Shown here: one piece after another, positions 44,707 through 54,968 of the stretch
Layout of the letters: the number at the start of each line of letters is the position of its first letter
How positions within the stretch are numbered: the stretch's first letter is position 1
Source: an uncultured Candidatus Binatia bacterium
GTDB lineage: Bacteria; Desulfobacterota; Binatia; UBA9968; JAJDTQ01
Length of the DNA: 64,000 nt
Direction: 5' to 3'
Assembly: GCA_964291295.2 (NCBI GenBank)
Contig: OZ219754.1
Location: 32,001 to 96,000 of the forward strand
Notes under the pieces: generated by a model
Database searches by the model: none
Seen by the model: only the letters and a program-made list of their open reading frames with translations
What the model was told of the DNA's origin: nothing
Program-made: the position numbers and the translations under genes

Positions 44707-45545
44707 GCGCTCCGTACCCCGCGTGCCCGTGCACATGCCCGGCGCAGCCGCTCCTCGTATTCCTGCGCCTGGGCTTCATTGCCGCGCTTGCGAAACCCCC
44801 GGGCCAGGATCGTAACCTTTTTCGCCATGGCCTCCAAGGCCCATTCCGTCCTCTCCGCGTCCAGCCCCGCCTCGACGAGCCTGGCAAGGGAGAGGACGCG
44901 GAAGCGGTCGAATCCCCAAGTGGAGCGGGAAAGCTGGTCCGCGTGCCCGCCCCGCCGGGTGACCAGCGCCTCGGGGATCAGCGGCACCTCGGCATCCCGG
45001 GCGATACGCAGCCACAGGTCGTAGTCCTCGCACACGGGCAGCGACTCGTCGAACCCTCCGGTCCGCTCGAACAGCTCCCGCCGCATCATCACCGCCGAAG
45101 GGCTCACCAGACAAAGCTCCAGGCTCGCACGGAAGATGTCGCCCGAGGGCTTGCGGTGCCGGCGCCGGGGATTCACGCGCACGCCGTTGCGTATCCAGAT
45201 CTCTTCGGTCTGACAGATCTCGATCTCCGGGCGGCTTTCCATGAAATCGAGCTGGCGCTGGAGCTTGCGCGGATGCCAGAGATCGTCGGAGTCCAGGAAG
45301 GCGAGGTAATTTCCCGAGGCCCGGCCGGCTCCGAGGTTCCGGGCGGCGGCAACGCCCCGGCGGCGCTGGGTCAGCACCCGGAGTCGCGCGCCATGGTCCC
45401 GCAGCCGGCGCGGGGTCTCGTCCGTGGAGCCATCGTCCACGACGATCACCTCGCAGTCGGCCACGGTCTGCGCCAGGACCGAATCCACCGCTTCGCCGAG
45501 CATGGGCCAACGGTTGCAGGTGGGGATGATGACGCTGACGCGCAC
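44703..45545 (-). CDS. Glycosyltransferase family 2
   Basis: VSVIIPT.NR, VVDDGSTD, ARNLG, FLDSDD, EDYDLWLR. Confidence 0.92.
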   Translation of the reverse strand: MRVSVIIPTCNRWPMLGEAVDSVLAQTVADCEVIVVDDGSTDETPRRLRDHGARLRVLTQRRRGVAAARNLGAGRASGNYLAFLDSDDLWHPRKLQRQLDFMESRPEIEICQTEEIWIRNGVRVNPRRRHRKPSGDIFRASLELCLVSPSAVMMRRELFERTGGFDESLPVCEDYDLWLRIARDAEVPLIPEALVTRRGGHADQLSRSTWGFDRFRVLSLARLVEAGLDAERTEWALEAMAKKVTILARGFRKRGNEAQAQEYEERLRRACARARGVRSA

Positions 45546-45753
45546 GGCCGGCCTTCAGGGATCAAATCAAGGATCAAACCGTGCGACAGGCGCCGTGTTG
45601 CCGGCGCCGCCGGCGCGCATCGACCCCGCAAGGCGCGATTCCGGCGGCGACGGACACGGACCGTTGGTATTCGGACCGGAGCATGTTCGGACCGGAGGGC
45701 GGCGTGAACATGCTGGCGGCGAGGTCCGCGGGTTTCAGGGCAACCCCCTGACC

Positions 45754-46188
45754 CTAGACGAACCCCTCCATCTTCTTGAAGAACTGGTCCACCATCATCT
45801 TGCCGACGCCGCCCAGCATGCGCTGCCCCACGCCGGCGATCAGGCCGCCGATCCTGGCGTCGGTGCTGTAGCGCAGGGTGGTGGCCGAATCGCCGTTCTC
45901 CTCGAGATCGATGACCAGGTCCCCCTGCATGAAACCCGGACCGCCCGAGCCCTGGCCGCTGAGCACATAGTGGCTGGGAGCCTGTTTCTCCTTGATGGCG
46001 ACCTTGGCCTTGTAGCTGCCCTTGACGGCGGCTATTCCCACCTTGACCGTGGCCTCGTACTGGTCCGGTCCGATCTCCTCCATCCTCTCGCAGCCGGGCA
46101 TGCACTTGGCCATGATCTGCGGATCCTGAAGGATCTCCCAGATCCGCTCGCGCGGGGCATTGAACTGATAGCTGCCTTCAATCTTCAT
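45754..46188 (-). CDS. coxG: CoxG-like SRPBCC protein
   Basis: APRERIWEILQDP..CMPGCE..GGLIAGVGQRML; GGAG RBS. Confidence 0.8.
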   Translation of the reverse strand: MKIEGSYQFNAPRERIWEILQDPQIMAKCMPGCERMEEIGPDQYEATVKVGIAAVKGSYKAKVAIKEKQAPSHYVLSGQGSGGPGFMQGDLVIDLEENGDSATTLRYSTDARIGGLIAGVGQRMLGGVGKMMVDQFFKKMEGFV

Positions 46189-46345
46189 GCACTCCTCCTT
46201 TGGAATCCCGAACCGGGAAGGCCGGCGCCATCCGGCCTGCACCATCCGGCCTGCAACACCCGGCTGGCTGCAGAAAGGGGGCAAAGTCCCGGCGGACCTG
46301 CCCCCTTCAGTCCCCGCGTCGCAATGAACGTGTCGGAGAGACGCG

Positions 46346-47323
46346 CTACTTGAGGCTCTTCTCGAAGACCGCGGCGTTGTCCTGGATCAACTTGAACATG
46401 GTCTCCATCACCGGCAGCCAGTCGTCGCCGTAGACCCCTGCGGTCCTGGCCCTCATGCCCTTGAATGCGGCCTGGGTCTCGGCATCCTCGACGGACGCGC
46501 GGAACGCCTTGATGAGTACCGCCATGCGATCCTTGGGCATCTTCGGCGGCGCCGCCACGACGCGGTTTGCCGCCAGGACGCTCAACTGCGGAAACCCGAG
46601 TTCGCCCACGGTGGGGACGTCCGGATACCTGGGGTCGCGCTTGTCGAGGTAGACCCAGGTCGGGACCATGGAGCCGTCCTTGATGAACGCCATCTGACCC
46701 GGGGAATCCAGCCCCAGGGCGCGGGCGTGCCCCTCGCCGCGCACGATGGCCATGTTCGATGCCGGCGCACCGGCATAACCCATGATGAACTTGGGCTTGA
46801 AATTCATGGTGGCGGCGGTAAGCGCGGAATTGACCCAGCCGGTGGTGCCGTAACCCGACTCGGTTATGAGCACTTCCTTCGCCTTCTGAAAGTCCTCGAG
46901 CGTACGCAGCCCGTACTGCTTTCCCGCGGCATATATATAGGGCGCCGCGGAGATGCGGCCGATCCAGCTGAACTCCCGGAGGCGGTATTGCGTTTCCTTG
47001 AACAGTTGGCTGACGATGGCGCCGGGCAGATTGACGATGCCGATGGTGTAGCCGTCCGGCTTGGCTGCCGACAGCAGATTCCATGAGATAATGCCGCCCG
47101 CACCAGGGACGTTCCTGATGATGATGTTGACGCCGAGCTTCTTCCTCATGACCCGGGCCACGGCCCGGCTGTGCAGATCGAACCCGCCCCCGGGAGCGGC
47201 ATTGATGAGCCAGGTAATGGTCTTGACCGGATACTTGTCCTCCTCGGCGGCCAAGGCAATGTGGAACGCCGTCAGAACCAGAAACAGCCCGGCGAGCAAG
47301 GCGGACGAGAGGCGGCGCATCAT
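46346..47323 (-). CDS. Tripartite tricarboxylate transporter substrate-binding protein (TctC/Bug)
   Basis: Signal peptide, YP.K.I..APGGGFD..R, N.PGAGG, KPDGYT, PDVPT..ELG. Confidence 0.88.
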   Translation of the reverse strand: MMRRLSSALLAGLFLVLTAFHIALAAEEDKYPVKTITWLINAAPGGGFDLHSRAVARVMRKKLGVNIIIRNVPGAGGIISWNLLSAAKPDGYTIGIVNLPGAIVSQLFKETQYRLREFSWIGRISAAPYIYAAGKQYGLRTLEDFQKAKEVLITESGYGTTGWVNSALTAATMNFKPKFIMGYAGAPASNMAIVRGEGHARALGLDSPGQMAFIKDGSMVPTWVYLDKRDPRYPDVPTVGELGFPQLSVLAANRVVAAPPKMPKDRMAVLIKAFRASVEDAETQAAFKGMRARTAGVYGDDWLPVMETMFKLIQDNAAVFEKSLK

Positions 47324-47748
47324 GGAGACCTCCTGAGAATGGCTGGAGACAATGAATGCCTGGAAATGGAATGCCTGGTGAATGTCGGGAAAAAGTCTAC
47401 CTGAAAGCCGCCTGCCTGAAAGATCTCTGCCTGAAAGATGCCCGGGAATGGACCTGCCCTTGGAGAACCTGCCCTGAACCCGTGCGCTCCCGCACGCTGG
47501 AAGGCGCCAAGCTACCACACGGCTTCGCGCCGTGTCAACGCCGAACAGCTTCATCCGCCGGAATCCATGACCGGCGGCGTTGCCAACCCCCGTCCCCTGT
47601 GTCACGCTTGCGCCCGAGTAACCTGCGGCACAGGCGGATACGTGTCGATTCGCCCTGAAACCGGCAGCCACCGGCCATTGCCCCGCGGTCCGGCACACAC
47701 GTCCGGACCCTTGGAGACCCTTGGAGACCGGATCTCTGGAGACCCCTT

Positions 47749-48783
47749 TTGCCGCCGTCTGCTGACAGTGCCCGGGACCGCTCCGCCGGCCCCGCGGCGG
47801 AAGACGCGGCGCGCCCGGTCACGACCGGCCGATGGCTGGCCTGCCGTGTGGGCGAGGGGCTGTGCCGCCTGCTGTTGCGGACACTGCGGGTGTTGCCGCC
47901 GGATCGGTTCAGGCGGCTCTTCGCGCCGCTCCTCGGCTGGCTGGTCGCCCGCGCCGTCCCGCACCGGCGCATCGTCGCCGCAATGGACGCGGCCTTCGGC
48001 GATTCCTACACCGCCGCCGCCAAGCGCGGGCTCGCCAGAGGCGTCCAGCAGCGCATGGCGGAGAACATCCTCGACTGCCTGGTGCAGGCGGGCTGTCCCG
48101 AACGCCTCCGGGAAGTTCTCGAGGTGCGCGGCCGCGAGCACCTCGACGCGGCCCTGGCCAAGGGGCACGGCGTCATCGCACTGGGCTTCCATCTCGGCAA
48201 CTTCGTGCTCCTGAGCGCCGCCATGGCGGTGGCCGGGTGTCCGGTCCACTCCCTGATCCGTTTTCTCGACGATGAGCGGCTCATGAACCTGGTGCTCCAC
48301 CACAGTCCGTCGTTCCATACCCGACTCATCCCTGCCCTGCCACGGCAGCAGGCCGTCAAGCGCATCCTGACCGCCCTTCGCGACAACGGCGCCGTCCTGA
48401 TGCTGGCAGACAACCTCAAGCGCGGTGAACTGGAGACCACCCTGTTCGGGCAGCCGGTTCGTACCGCCCGGGGTGTCGCGAGCCTGGCCCTCCGTACGCG
48501 CGCGGCGGTGTTGCCGGTCTATCTGGTGCGCGACTACTCCGGCGGGTTGCAACTGGTCATCGAACCGGAAATGGACATTACCCATACCGGCGAACCGGGA
48601 GCCGGCCTGATCGCGCACACGGACCGCATCATGAGACTGCTGGAACGGCTTGTGCGCCGCTATCCGGATCAGTGGTACTGGCTGACGGCGGGGCTGGGGC
48701 GGCCTCAACGGCGCCGGCGGGCAGGCCGCCGGCGCCACCGGACCTTGCTTGACACCCCGCAGCGCAGTGATAGATTCCACTAG
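47749..48783 (+). CDS. Lysophospholipid / lipid A acyltransferase (LpxL family)
   Basis: GREHLDAALAKGHGVI..HLGNF, LAD, LFG, VRRYPDQWYW. Start uncertain. Confidence 0.82.
   Translation: MPPSADSARDRSAGPAAEDAARPVTTGRWLACRVGEGLCRLLLRTLRVLPPDRFRRLFAPLLGWLVARAVPHRRIVAAMDAAFGDSYTAAAKRGLARGVQQRMAENILDCLVQAGCPERLREVLEVRGREHLDAALAKGHGVIALGFHLGNFVLLSAAMAVAGCPVHSLIRFLDDERLMNLVLHHSPSFHTRLIPALPRQQAVKRILTALRDNGAVLMLADNLKRGELETTLFGQPVRTARGVASLALRTRAAVLPVYLVRDYSGGLQLVIEPEMDITHTGEPGAGLIAHTDRIMRLLERLVRRYPDQWYWLTAGLGRPQRRRRAGRRRHRTLLDTPQRSDRFH
48749..48776 (+). promoter_or_regulatory. Sigma70 promoter for hflKC
   Basis: TTGACA-16 nt-TAGATT with extended -10 TG. Confidence 0.5.
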
Positions 48784-48928
48784 GAAAGGTCTGAACAAGG
48801 CGACCGCGCGACACGGAGCTGCGCGCGACCTGTTGATCGTATCAATTCAGCCCCGGCGAACCTTGAACAGTTCAGCCCTTCCCGAGAGCCGGCCCACTGG
48901 TTCGGAACGCAAACAAAGGAGTTGATTC

Positions 48929-49966
48929 ATGCAAGGCGGACCCGAGGGACCTTGGGGGCGGCGGCAACAGAGCGGGCCGGACTGGGAGGATCTGCTCTCC
49001 CGCTTGCCCGAGTTGCCCGGCTTCCTGAAGTCCGGAGTGCCTTTCGTCATCGCCGGAGCGATCATCCTGATATGGCTGGCCAGCGGTTTCTACACCATCC
49101 AGCCGGGCGAGGAAGGGGTGGTGACACGCTTCGGCAAGGTGGCGCGCATCGCCACCGCCGGTCTCAACTACCATATCCCCTGGCCCATCGAGGAACTGCG
49201 CAAGGTCAACGTCGCGGAGATCCGGCGCCTGGAAGTGGGATTCCGCAGCAATCCGTTGCGCCCGAATCTGGTGCGCCTCATTCCGGCGGAGTCGCTGATG
49301 CTCACCGGTGACGAGAACATCGTCAGCGCCCAGCTCACCGTTCAATATCGGGTCAAGAATCCCGAGCAGTTCCTGTTCAAGCTCCGCGATCCGGTGAACA
49401 CGCTGCAGGCGGCCACGGAAGTGGCGCTGCGCAGCCGGGTCGGCAACACCACCATCGAGGAGGTGCTCACGGTGGGACGGGACCGGGTGCAGAACGAGAC
49501 CCAGCAGTTCCTGCAGCAACTCATGGACACCTACCAGTCGGGGATCCAGGTCACCGAGGTCAAGCTCCAGACCGTGGAGGCCCCCAGTCAGGTCAAGGAC
49601 GCCTTCGACGAGGTGGTGCGGGCGCGTGAGGACCGCGAGAAGCTCATCAACCAGGCGCGTGGTTACCGCGAGGACCTCATCCCCAAGGCCCGGGGCGAGG
49701 CCCAGGAGATCGTCCAGGCGGCCGAGGCCTACCGGGAGGAGCGGACGTTGAAGGCCAAGGGTGACGGGTCCCGGTTCAACGCGGTCCTGACCGAATACCG
49801 CAAGGCTCCCCGGGTGACCCGCGAGCGCATGCACCTGGAAGCCATCGAGCGGGTGCTGCCCGAGGTCGACAAGATAATCGTGGACGCGCAGGGGGCGAAA
49901 AACGTCGTACCGCTGCTCCCGCTCAAGGGCATGGCGGGATTTCCGGGAGTGGGAGGCAAGCAATGA
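48929..49966 (+). CDS. hflK: FtsH modulator HflK
   Basis: GVVTRFGK, PWPIE, MLTGDENIV, VKDAFDEV..AREDRE, IPKARGEA. Confidence 0.95.
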   Translation: MQGGPEGPWGRRQQSGPDWEDLLSRLPELPGFLKSGVPFVIAGAIILIWLASGFYTIQPGEEGVVTRFGKVARIATAGLNYHIPWPIEELRKVNVAEIRRLEVGFRSNPLRPNLVRLIPAESLMLTGDENIVSAQLTVQYRVKNPEQFLFKLRDPVNTLQAATEVALRSRVGNTTIEEVLTVGRDRVQNETQQFLQQLMDTYQSGIQVTEVKLQTVEAPSQVKDAFDEVVRAREDREKLINQARGYREDLIPKARGEAQEIVQAAEAYREERTLKAKGDGSRFNAVLTEYRKAPRVTRERMHLEAIERVLPEVDKIIVDAQGAKNVVPLLPLKGMAGFPGVGGKQ

Positions 49967-50904
49967 ACCGTTCCTACATCATCGGGATCATCGTCGCCGC
50001 CATCGTGCTGGTGCTGCTGTTCCCGCCCGTCCGACCGTTCTTCGTGGTGGGCGAGTGGCAGCAGTCCATCGTCACCCAGTTCGGAAAGTTCAAGCGCGCG
50101 GTGCGGGAGCCGGGACTCCACTGGAAGACGCCGGTGGTGGAAACCGTCACCATGTATGAAAGGCGCATCCTCGCCAGCGACGCGCAGCCCAGGGACTATC
50201 TGACCCTGGACAAGAAACGCGTGGTGGTGGACCACGTGACGCGGTGGCAGATCAGCGACCCCTTCCAGTTCTTCAAGACCGCCCTCACCGAGCAGCGCGG
50301 GCGGCTGCTGCTGGACGACATCGTGTTTTCGGAACTGCGCCAGGAGCTGGCGTCGCGAAACTTCGCCGACATCATCGCGGATCAGCGGGAAGCCGCCATG
50401 GAGGCCGTGGCCAAACGGTCCGCCGACAAGGCCCTGAGCGAGTACGGCGTCACCGTCGTGGACGTGCGTGTCAAACGCGCCGACCTTCCCTCCGAGGTCC
50501 AGATGAGCGTCTTCGAGCGCATGCGCGCGGAACGCGAGCGCATCGCCAAGCGCTATCGCTCCGAGGGCGAGGAGGAGTCCAAGAAGATCCGCGCGAGAAC
50601 CAACAAGGAGAAGACCATTCTGCTGGCGGAGGCGTACCGGCAGAGCCAGAAGCTTCGCGGCGAGGGCGACGGCGCGGCCACCGCCATCTACGCCTCCTCC
50701 TACGGCCAGGATCCCGAGTTCTACAGCTTCGTCCGGAGCCTGGAGGCCTACGAAAAGTTCCTGCCGGAAAAGAGCACCGCCATCCTGTCGGAAGAGTCGC
50801 GGCTGTTCCGGCACCTGGCCAGCGCCCAGATCGGTGATCCCCCGGAGACACCGCCCGCACCGGACGCCAAAGCCGGCGTGACCGCCACCGAGGCCGAACC
50901 GTGA
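49963..50904 (+). CDS. hflC: FtsH modulator HflC
   Basis: PGLHWK.P, TLDKK.V.VD, DVRVKRADLP, RMRAERER.A, DPEFYSF.RSLEAY. Confidence 0.95.
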   Translation: MNRSYIIGIIVAAIVLVLLFPPVRPFFVVGEWQQSIVTQFGKFKRAVREPGLHWKTPVVETVTMYERRILASDAQPRDYLTLDKKRVVVDHVTRWQISDPFQFFKTALTEQRGRLLLDDIVFSELRQELASRNFADIIADQREAAMEAVAKRSADKALSEYGVTVVDVRVKRADLPSEVQMSVFERMRAERERIAKRYRSEGEEESKKIRARTNKEKTILLAEAYRQSQKLRGEGDGAATAIYASSYGQDPEFYSFVRSLEAYEKFLPEKSTAILSEESRLFRHLASAQIGDPPETPPAPDAKAGVTATEAEP

Positions 50905-51004
50905 TCCGGCGTCCTTCGACCTTGCCACGCTGGGGACGGCGCAGGCGGTTCTCCGCTGGTCCCGAGCTGCCGCCATTGAAGGAGCCCCTGCGCGGAGGAA
51001 CGCC

Positions 51005-52111
51005 ATGAAGATCGAGAGTCTTGGCAACTTCGAACGCGTCGACCGCAACGCCGAGGTGATGGACACGCCCTACGACCGCTGGGTGGCATCCCAGGGAGTG
51101 GACGTGGTCCGGGGCTACTTCGTCCAGGACCTCAAGGAAACGCCGATGAAGTGGTGGGACCGCAAGGGCGGCCACGGCGTCTACATCAATCTGGAAGGGG
51201 CCGGGTATCTCGACGACGCCTTCGTGGTGTCGATTCCCCCGGGCAAGAGCCTCAACCCGGAGAAGCACATCTACGACGAGCTGGTCTACGTGCTATCGGG
51301 CCGGGGCGCCACCACCCTCTGGCAGAGCGATGGCAAGGGCAAGGGGCAGAGCTTCGAATGGCAGGCGGGAAGCCTCTTCGCCATCCCGGTGAACGCCACC
51401 TACCAGCACTTCAATGGCTCCGGCGACCGGGAGGCCAGGCTTCTGGGGGTCACGAACGCGCCGCTGGTCTACAACATCTTCCACAACGAAGACTTCGTCA
51501 TGAACAACCCCTATGTCTTCCGGGACCGTTTCGACGAGGACCGGGACTTCCGGGGCCACGCGCGCCTGTACAACGACCGCGTTCTGGAGACCAACTTCAT
51601 CCCCGACGTGGCCGACATCGAGCCCATCGCCTGGGAAACACGCGGCAAGGGAAACAGGACCGTCTTCTTCGAACTGGTGGCAAGCCACATGGGCGCCCAT
51701 GTCTCCGAGTTCCCGGTAGGGCGCTACAAGAAGGCCCACCGCCACGGACCCGGGGCCCACGTGATGATCCTCTCCGGCGAGGGCTATTCGCTCATGTGGC
51801 CGGAGGGCAAGGAGAAACAGCAGTTCATCTGGAAGCCCGGTTCTCTGGTGGTGCCCCCCGAGGGCTGGTTCCACCAGCATTTCAACTCCGGTGCCCGGCC
51901 GGCCCGCTACCTCGCCCTCAAGATGATCAGCCGCATGTTCAAGCTGGTGCCCGGGCCGATCCAGTCGGACGTCCCCCTGAACCAGGGCGGCTGGCAGATC
52001 GAGCACGAGGACGAGGACGAGGACGTCATCCAGTTGTTCGTGGACGCCTGCGGCCGCTCCGGCGCCAAGGTGGACATGCCCCACATCCAGGAACGGCGAG
52101 GAACCGCCTGA
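51005..52111 (+). CDS. Bicupin protein (gentisate dioxygenase-like fold)
   Basis: Two cupin motifs: EKHIYDE..G.G..YQHFN and AHRHGPGA..WFHQHFN. Confidence 0.75.
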   Translation: MKIESLGNFERVDRNAEVMDTPYDRWVASQGVDVVRGYFVQDLKETPMKWWDRKGGHGVYINLEGAGYLDDAFVVSIPPGKSLNPEKHIYDELVYVLSGRGATTLWQSDGKGKGQSFEWQAGSLFAIPVNATYQHFNGSGDREARLLGVTNAPLVYNIFHNEDFVMNNPYVFRDRFDEDRDFRGHARLYNDRVLETNFIPDVADIEPIAWETRGKGNRTVFFELVASHMGAHVSEFPVGRYKKAHRHGPGAHVMILSGEGYSLMWPEGKEKQQFIWKPGSLVVPPEGWFHQHFNSGARPARYLALKMISRMFKLVPGPIQSDVPLNQGGWQIEHEDEDEDVIQLFVDACGRSGAKVDMPHIQERRGTA

Positions 52112-52232
52112 ACGACGCCCGGCCGCGTCCGGCCAAGCCGGGATGAACGGCGGCGGGCGGATCGATCCGCCCGCGGGGCTGGCGGTTCGGGGGCGGACGG
52201 CCTCCACCGCCCGCTCCATGCGGTGGAGGCCG

Positions 52233-53195
52233 CTACCGCGGCCGCAGCCGCTCAATGGTCGCGATGTAGTCCTTGATACCGGCTTCGAGGTCATAGGCCG
52301 GGGTGAAATCCAGATGCTCCCTGGCCTTGGCGATATCGAATACGCAGGAGCTCTGCTTCTCGGTCATGCGGAATTCCAGCCCCGAGCCGATCTCGATCCT
52401 GCTGTCCGGATAGAGCCCGCCCAGAATCCGCGCGAAGTCGTGGAGCGTGACGCCCACGCCAGTGCCGATATTGAACGTGCGCTCGGCCGGATCCCGGACC
52501 TGCAGCGCCAGGATGATGGAGCGGGCCACGTCGCCCACGTAGAGGGCCTCGTTGGACTGGTCCCCGCCGCTGCCCGAGAAGCCCTTTCCCGCCATGACGT
52601 TCTCGATCATCTGGCCGTAGAGGGACAGCGCGCCGTGGCGTACCTCCTTGCCGGGACCGTAGATGGAGCCGAAGCGCAGCGCCACCGAGCTTACCCCGTA
52701 CTTCTTCTGGTAGTAGGTGCACAGGGTCTCGCAGCATACCTTGATGGTGCCGTAAAGGTCCGCGGGATTCTGCGGATGATCCTCGCGCACCGGCACGTAC
52801 TCCGGATAGGCATGGCGGCCCGTGATCTCGCCGTACACCGCCTTGGAACTGGTGAACACCACCCGTTGGAGTCCCCGGTGCCGCGCGGTCTCCAGGACGT
52901 TGAGGGTGCCGTCGACCCCGACCTTGATGCCGAGGGCCGGATCCGCTTCCGCCGGACCGGGCATCAGCGCCGCCAGGTGGGCCACGTGGGTGATCCCGTG
53001 GTCAACGATGATTCGGTCCAGACCCGCCGCGTCCAGGATGTCCCCGGTCACCAGATCCACATCCTTCTCGATGTCCGAGATCAGTGACGTGTCCATCCGG
53101 TTGTCCATCAGCACCGGCCGCTCGCCCGCCCGGACCAGATGCCTCGCGGTGACCGCGCCGTTCACGCCCATGCCGCCGGTAATCAGAATCTTCAT
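52233..53195 (-). CDS. NAD-dependent epimerase/dehydratase
   Basis: TGGMGVNG, HLAA, TSSKAVYG, YGTIK, FNIGTG. Confidence 0.9.
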   Translation of the reverse strand: MKILITGGMGVNGAVTARHLVRAGERPVLMDNRMDTSLISDIEKDVDLVTGDILDAAGLDRIIVDHGITHVAHLAALMPGPAEADPALGIKVGVDGTLNVLETARHRGLQRVVFTSSKAVYGEITGRHAYPEYVPVREDHPQNPADLYGTIKVCCETLCTYYQKKYGVSSVALRFGSIYGPGKEVRHGALSLYGQMIENVMAGKGFSGSGGDQSNEALYVGDVARSIILALQVRDPAERTFNIGTGVGVTLHDFARILGGLYPDSRIEIGSGLEFRMTEKQSSCVFDIAKAREHLDFTPAYDLEAGIKDYIATIERLRPR

Positions 53196-53309
53196 GCCGT
53201 ACCTCCGTATTCAGGTCATTCTTTCCATGCGTGTCCGCCCGGGCCTGTCCATCAAGGCGCCGGCCGCCACTGACCGGCCACCTCCCGAAGCGTCCTGCCC
53301 CGCACGCCC

Positions 53310-54500
53310 CTATCCCGCCGCGCTCCTCCGGTACTTCATCACGAAAAGCACGAAACCGCCGGTGCCCACCACCGTGGTGGCAAGGAACATGGCGGGATAG
53401 TTGTTGCCGGTATAGTGGAGCATGACGCCGGCCAGTACGCCACCCATGCCGATGGCGAGGTCGTAGAACAGGTGGTACTGGGCCATGCTGAGGCCCCACC
53501 GGTCGCGCGGCGCCAGGTCGATGGCCATGGTCATGAGCGCCGCATGGGCGGAGCCGTAACCGAAGCCGATGATGGCCGCGGAAACCAGCAGCATGGCGGG
53601 CGAGCGCGCCGCCACCAGCACCAGCATGCCCGCCAGGGCCAGGATATAACAGGGGATGATCACGAAGGGACGGCCCTTGCGGTCGGAGAGCGGACCGCAG
53701 ATGGGCCGGCCGGCCACCACCGCGATGGCGAATACACCGAACCAGATGCCCGGGTCCCCGCCCAACTCCAGGGCGTACAGCGAGAGAAAGGCGATGATGC
53801 TGCCGCGGGAGATTGCCAGAAGACCCATGCTCACCGCGGGCATGAGGGATTCAGGCAGGATGAAGGTCTCGAACCAGCGCCGGCTCCGGGCAACGGCCCT
53901 GGCCCGCACCGGCTCGGCAATCAGCACCGCCGCCAGCAGGGCCGCCGCCGACGCGGCCGCCGCGCTGAGAAACAACGCCGGGAAGCCCCGGACGCCCACT
54001 ATCCAGAACGCGAAGTACGGGCCGGCGGTGCCGGCCACGGTGCTCACCGCCCCGGAGTAGCTGATGAGGGTGCCGCGAAGGCGGTCCGGTGAGATATCCG
54101 CCACCAGCTTGCCCACCGACGTGGTGCATCCCGACCATCCGAAGCCGTGAAAGGTCCGCAGGAGCAGCGCCACCAGCACCGAGGCGGTCCAGATATAGCC
54201 GGTGGCGGCGGTGATGAAGATGACCAGCCCTCCCACCAGAAAGACCTTGCTGCCGAGCCGGTCGATGTAAGCCCCCACCAGCGGCCTCACCCAGGTAGCG
54301 CCGAGCGGGAAGGCGGCCATGACCAGGCCGATCATGAACGGGCTCGTCCCCATGTTCCTGAGGTAGAGGGGGAACACCGGCTCGATCTGGAACATTGCGA
54401 AGAAGAGCCCGAAGCGGGCGCCGGAGGTAAGAAGGAAGTCCCGGAACCAGCCTTTCGGCCGTTGTTCCACGAGGTGATTACGCCTGTCCCGATCCGTCAT
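53310..54500 (-). CDS. MFS transporter
   Basis: About 12 hydrophobic segments; GAYIDRLG and GPLSDRKGR motif A. Confidence 0.9.
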   Translation of the reverse strand: MTDRDRRNHLVEQRPKGWFRDFLLTSGARFGLFFAMFQIEPVFPLYLRNMGTSPFMIGLVMAAFPLGATWVRPLVGAYIDRLGSKVFLVGGLVIFITAATGYIWTASVLVALLLRTFHGFGWSGCTTSVGKLVADISPDRLRGTLISYSGAVSTVAGTAGPYFAFWIVGVRGFPALFLSAAAASAAALLAAVLIAEPVRARAVARSRRWFETFILPESLMPAVSMGLLAISRGSIIAFLSLYALELGGDPGIWFGVFAIAVVAGRPICGPLSDRKGRPFVIIPCYILALAGMLVLVAARSPAMLLVSAAIIGFGYGSAHAALMTMAIDLAPRDRWGLSMAQYHLFYDLAIGMGGVLAGVMLHYTGNNYPAMFLATTVVGTGGFVLFVMKYRRSAAG

Positions 54501-54968
54501 CCCGATTCCGGGGTGAGATGCGGCGGCCGCGGGTTCCGACCCCGGCGGCTTCGGGCGGTGGGACGCTCGCCGCCGCGCCGTGGACTTGCCGGGCGGTGTC
54601 CGCGCCGGCGCACGCCGTCCGGCACCCTGGACGGCGCCATTTCCAAGGGGTTCTCTTGTCCGGTGCCCTCCAGGATGTGAAGGTGAACTCTCGGCTCTCG
54701 CTGCTCACGCTCGAAGCGCCGGTCCGGTGCATGTTGGGAGCAAGCTCCCTGGCGACCCGCGCAGTGGCCCGACCGGTCACCTTCCTTCGCACTGCATCCA
54801 TGACCCTCCTTCCGGACGACGACGTCCAGGATACGTCGTAGCACGACCCCGGAAGGCGGGCCACCGGCATCTGGACCGCACCGCCGTTTCGTAATGGAGT
54901 CGTGTGTCCGGGATGTGGCTCCGGAAAGGCTCCGGAAAAGGGTTCCCGCAACAGTGGAGGTCACGGTC

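Noticed and set aside
45754-46188. CO dehydrogenase cluster
   Set aside because: coxG-like gene only; no coxL/M/S in the window.
54500-54960. Short ORFs between the MFS and SUMF1 genes
   Set aside because: GC-rich divergent intergenic DNA with no motifs or RBS support.
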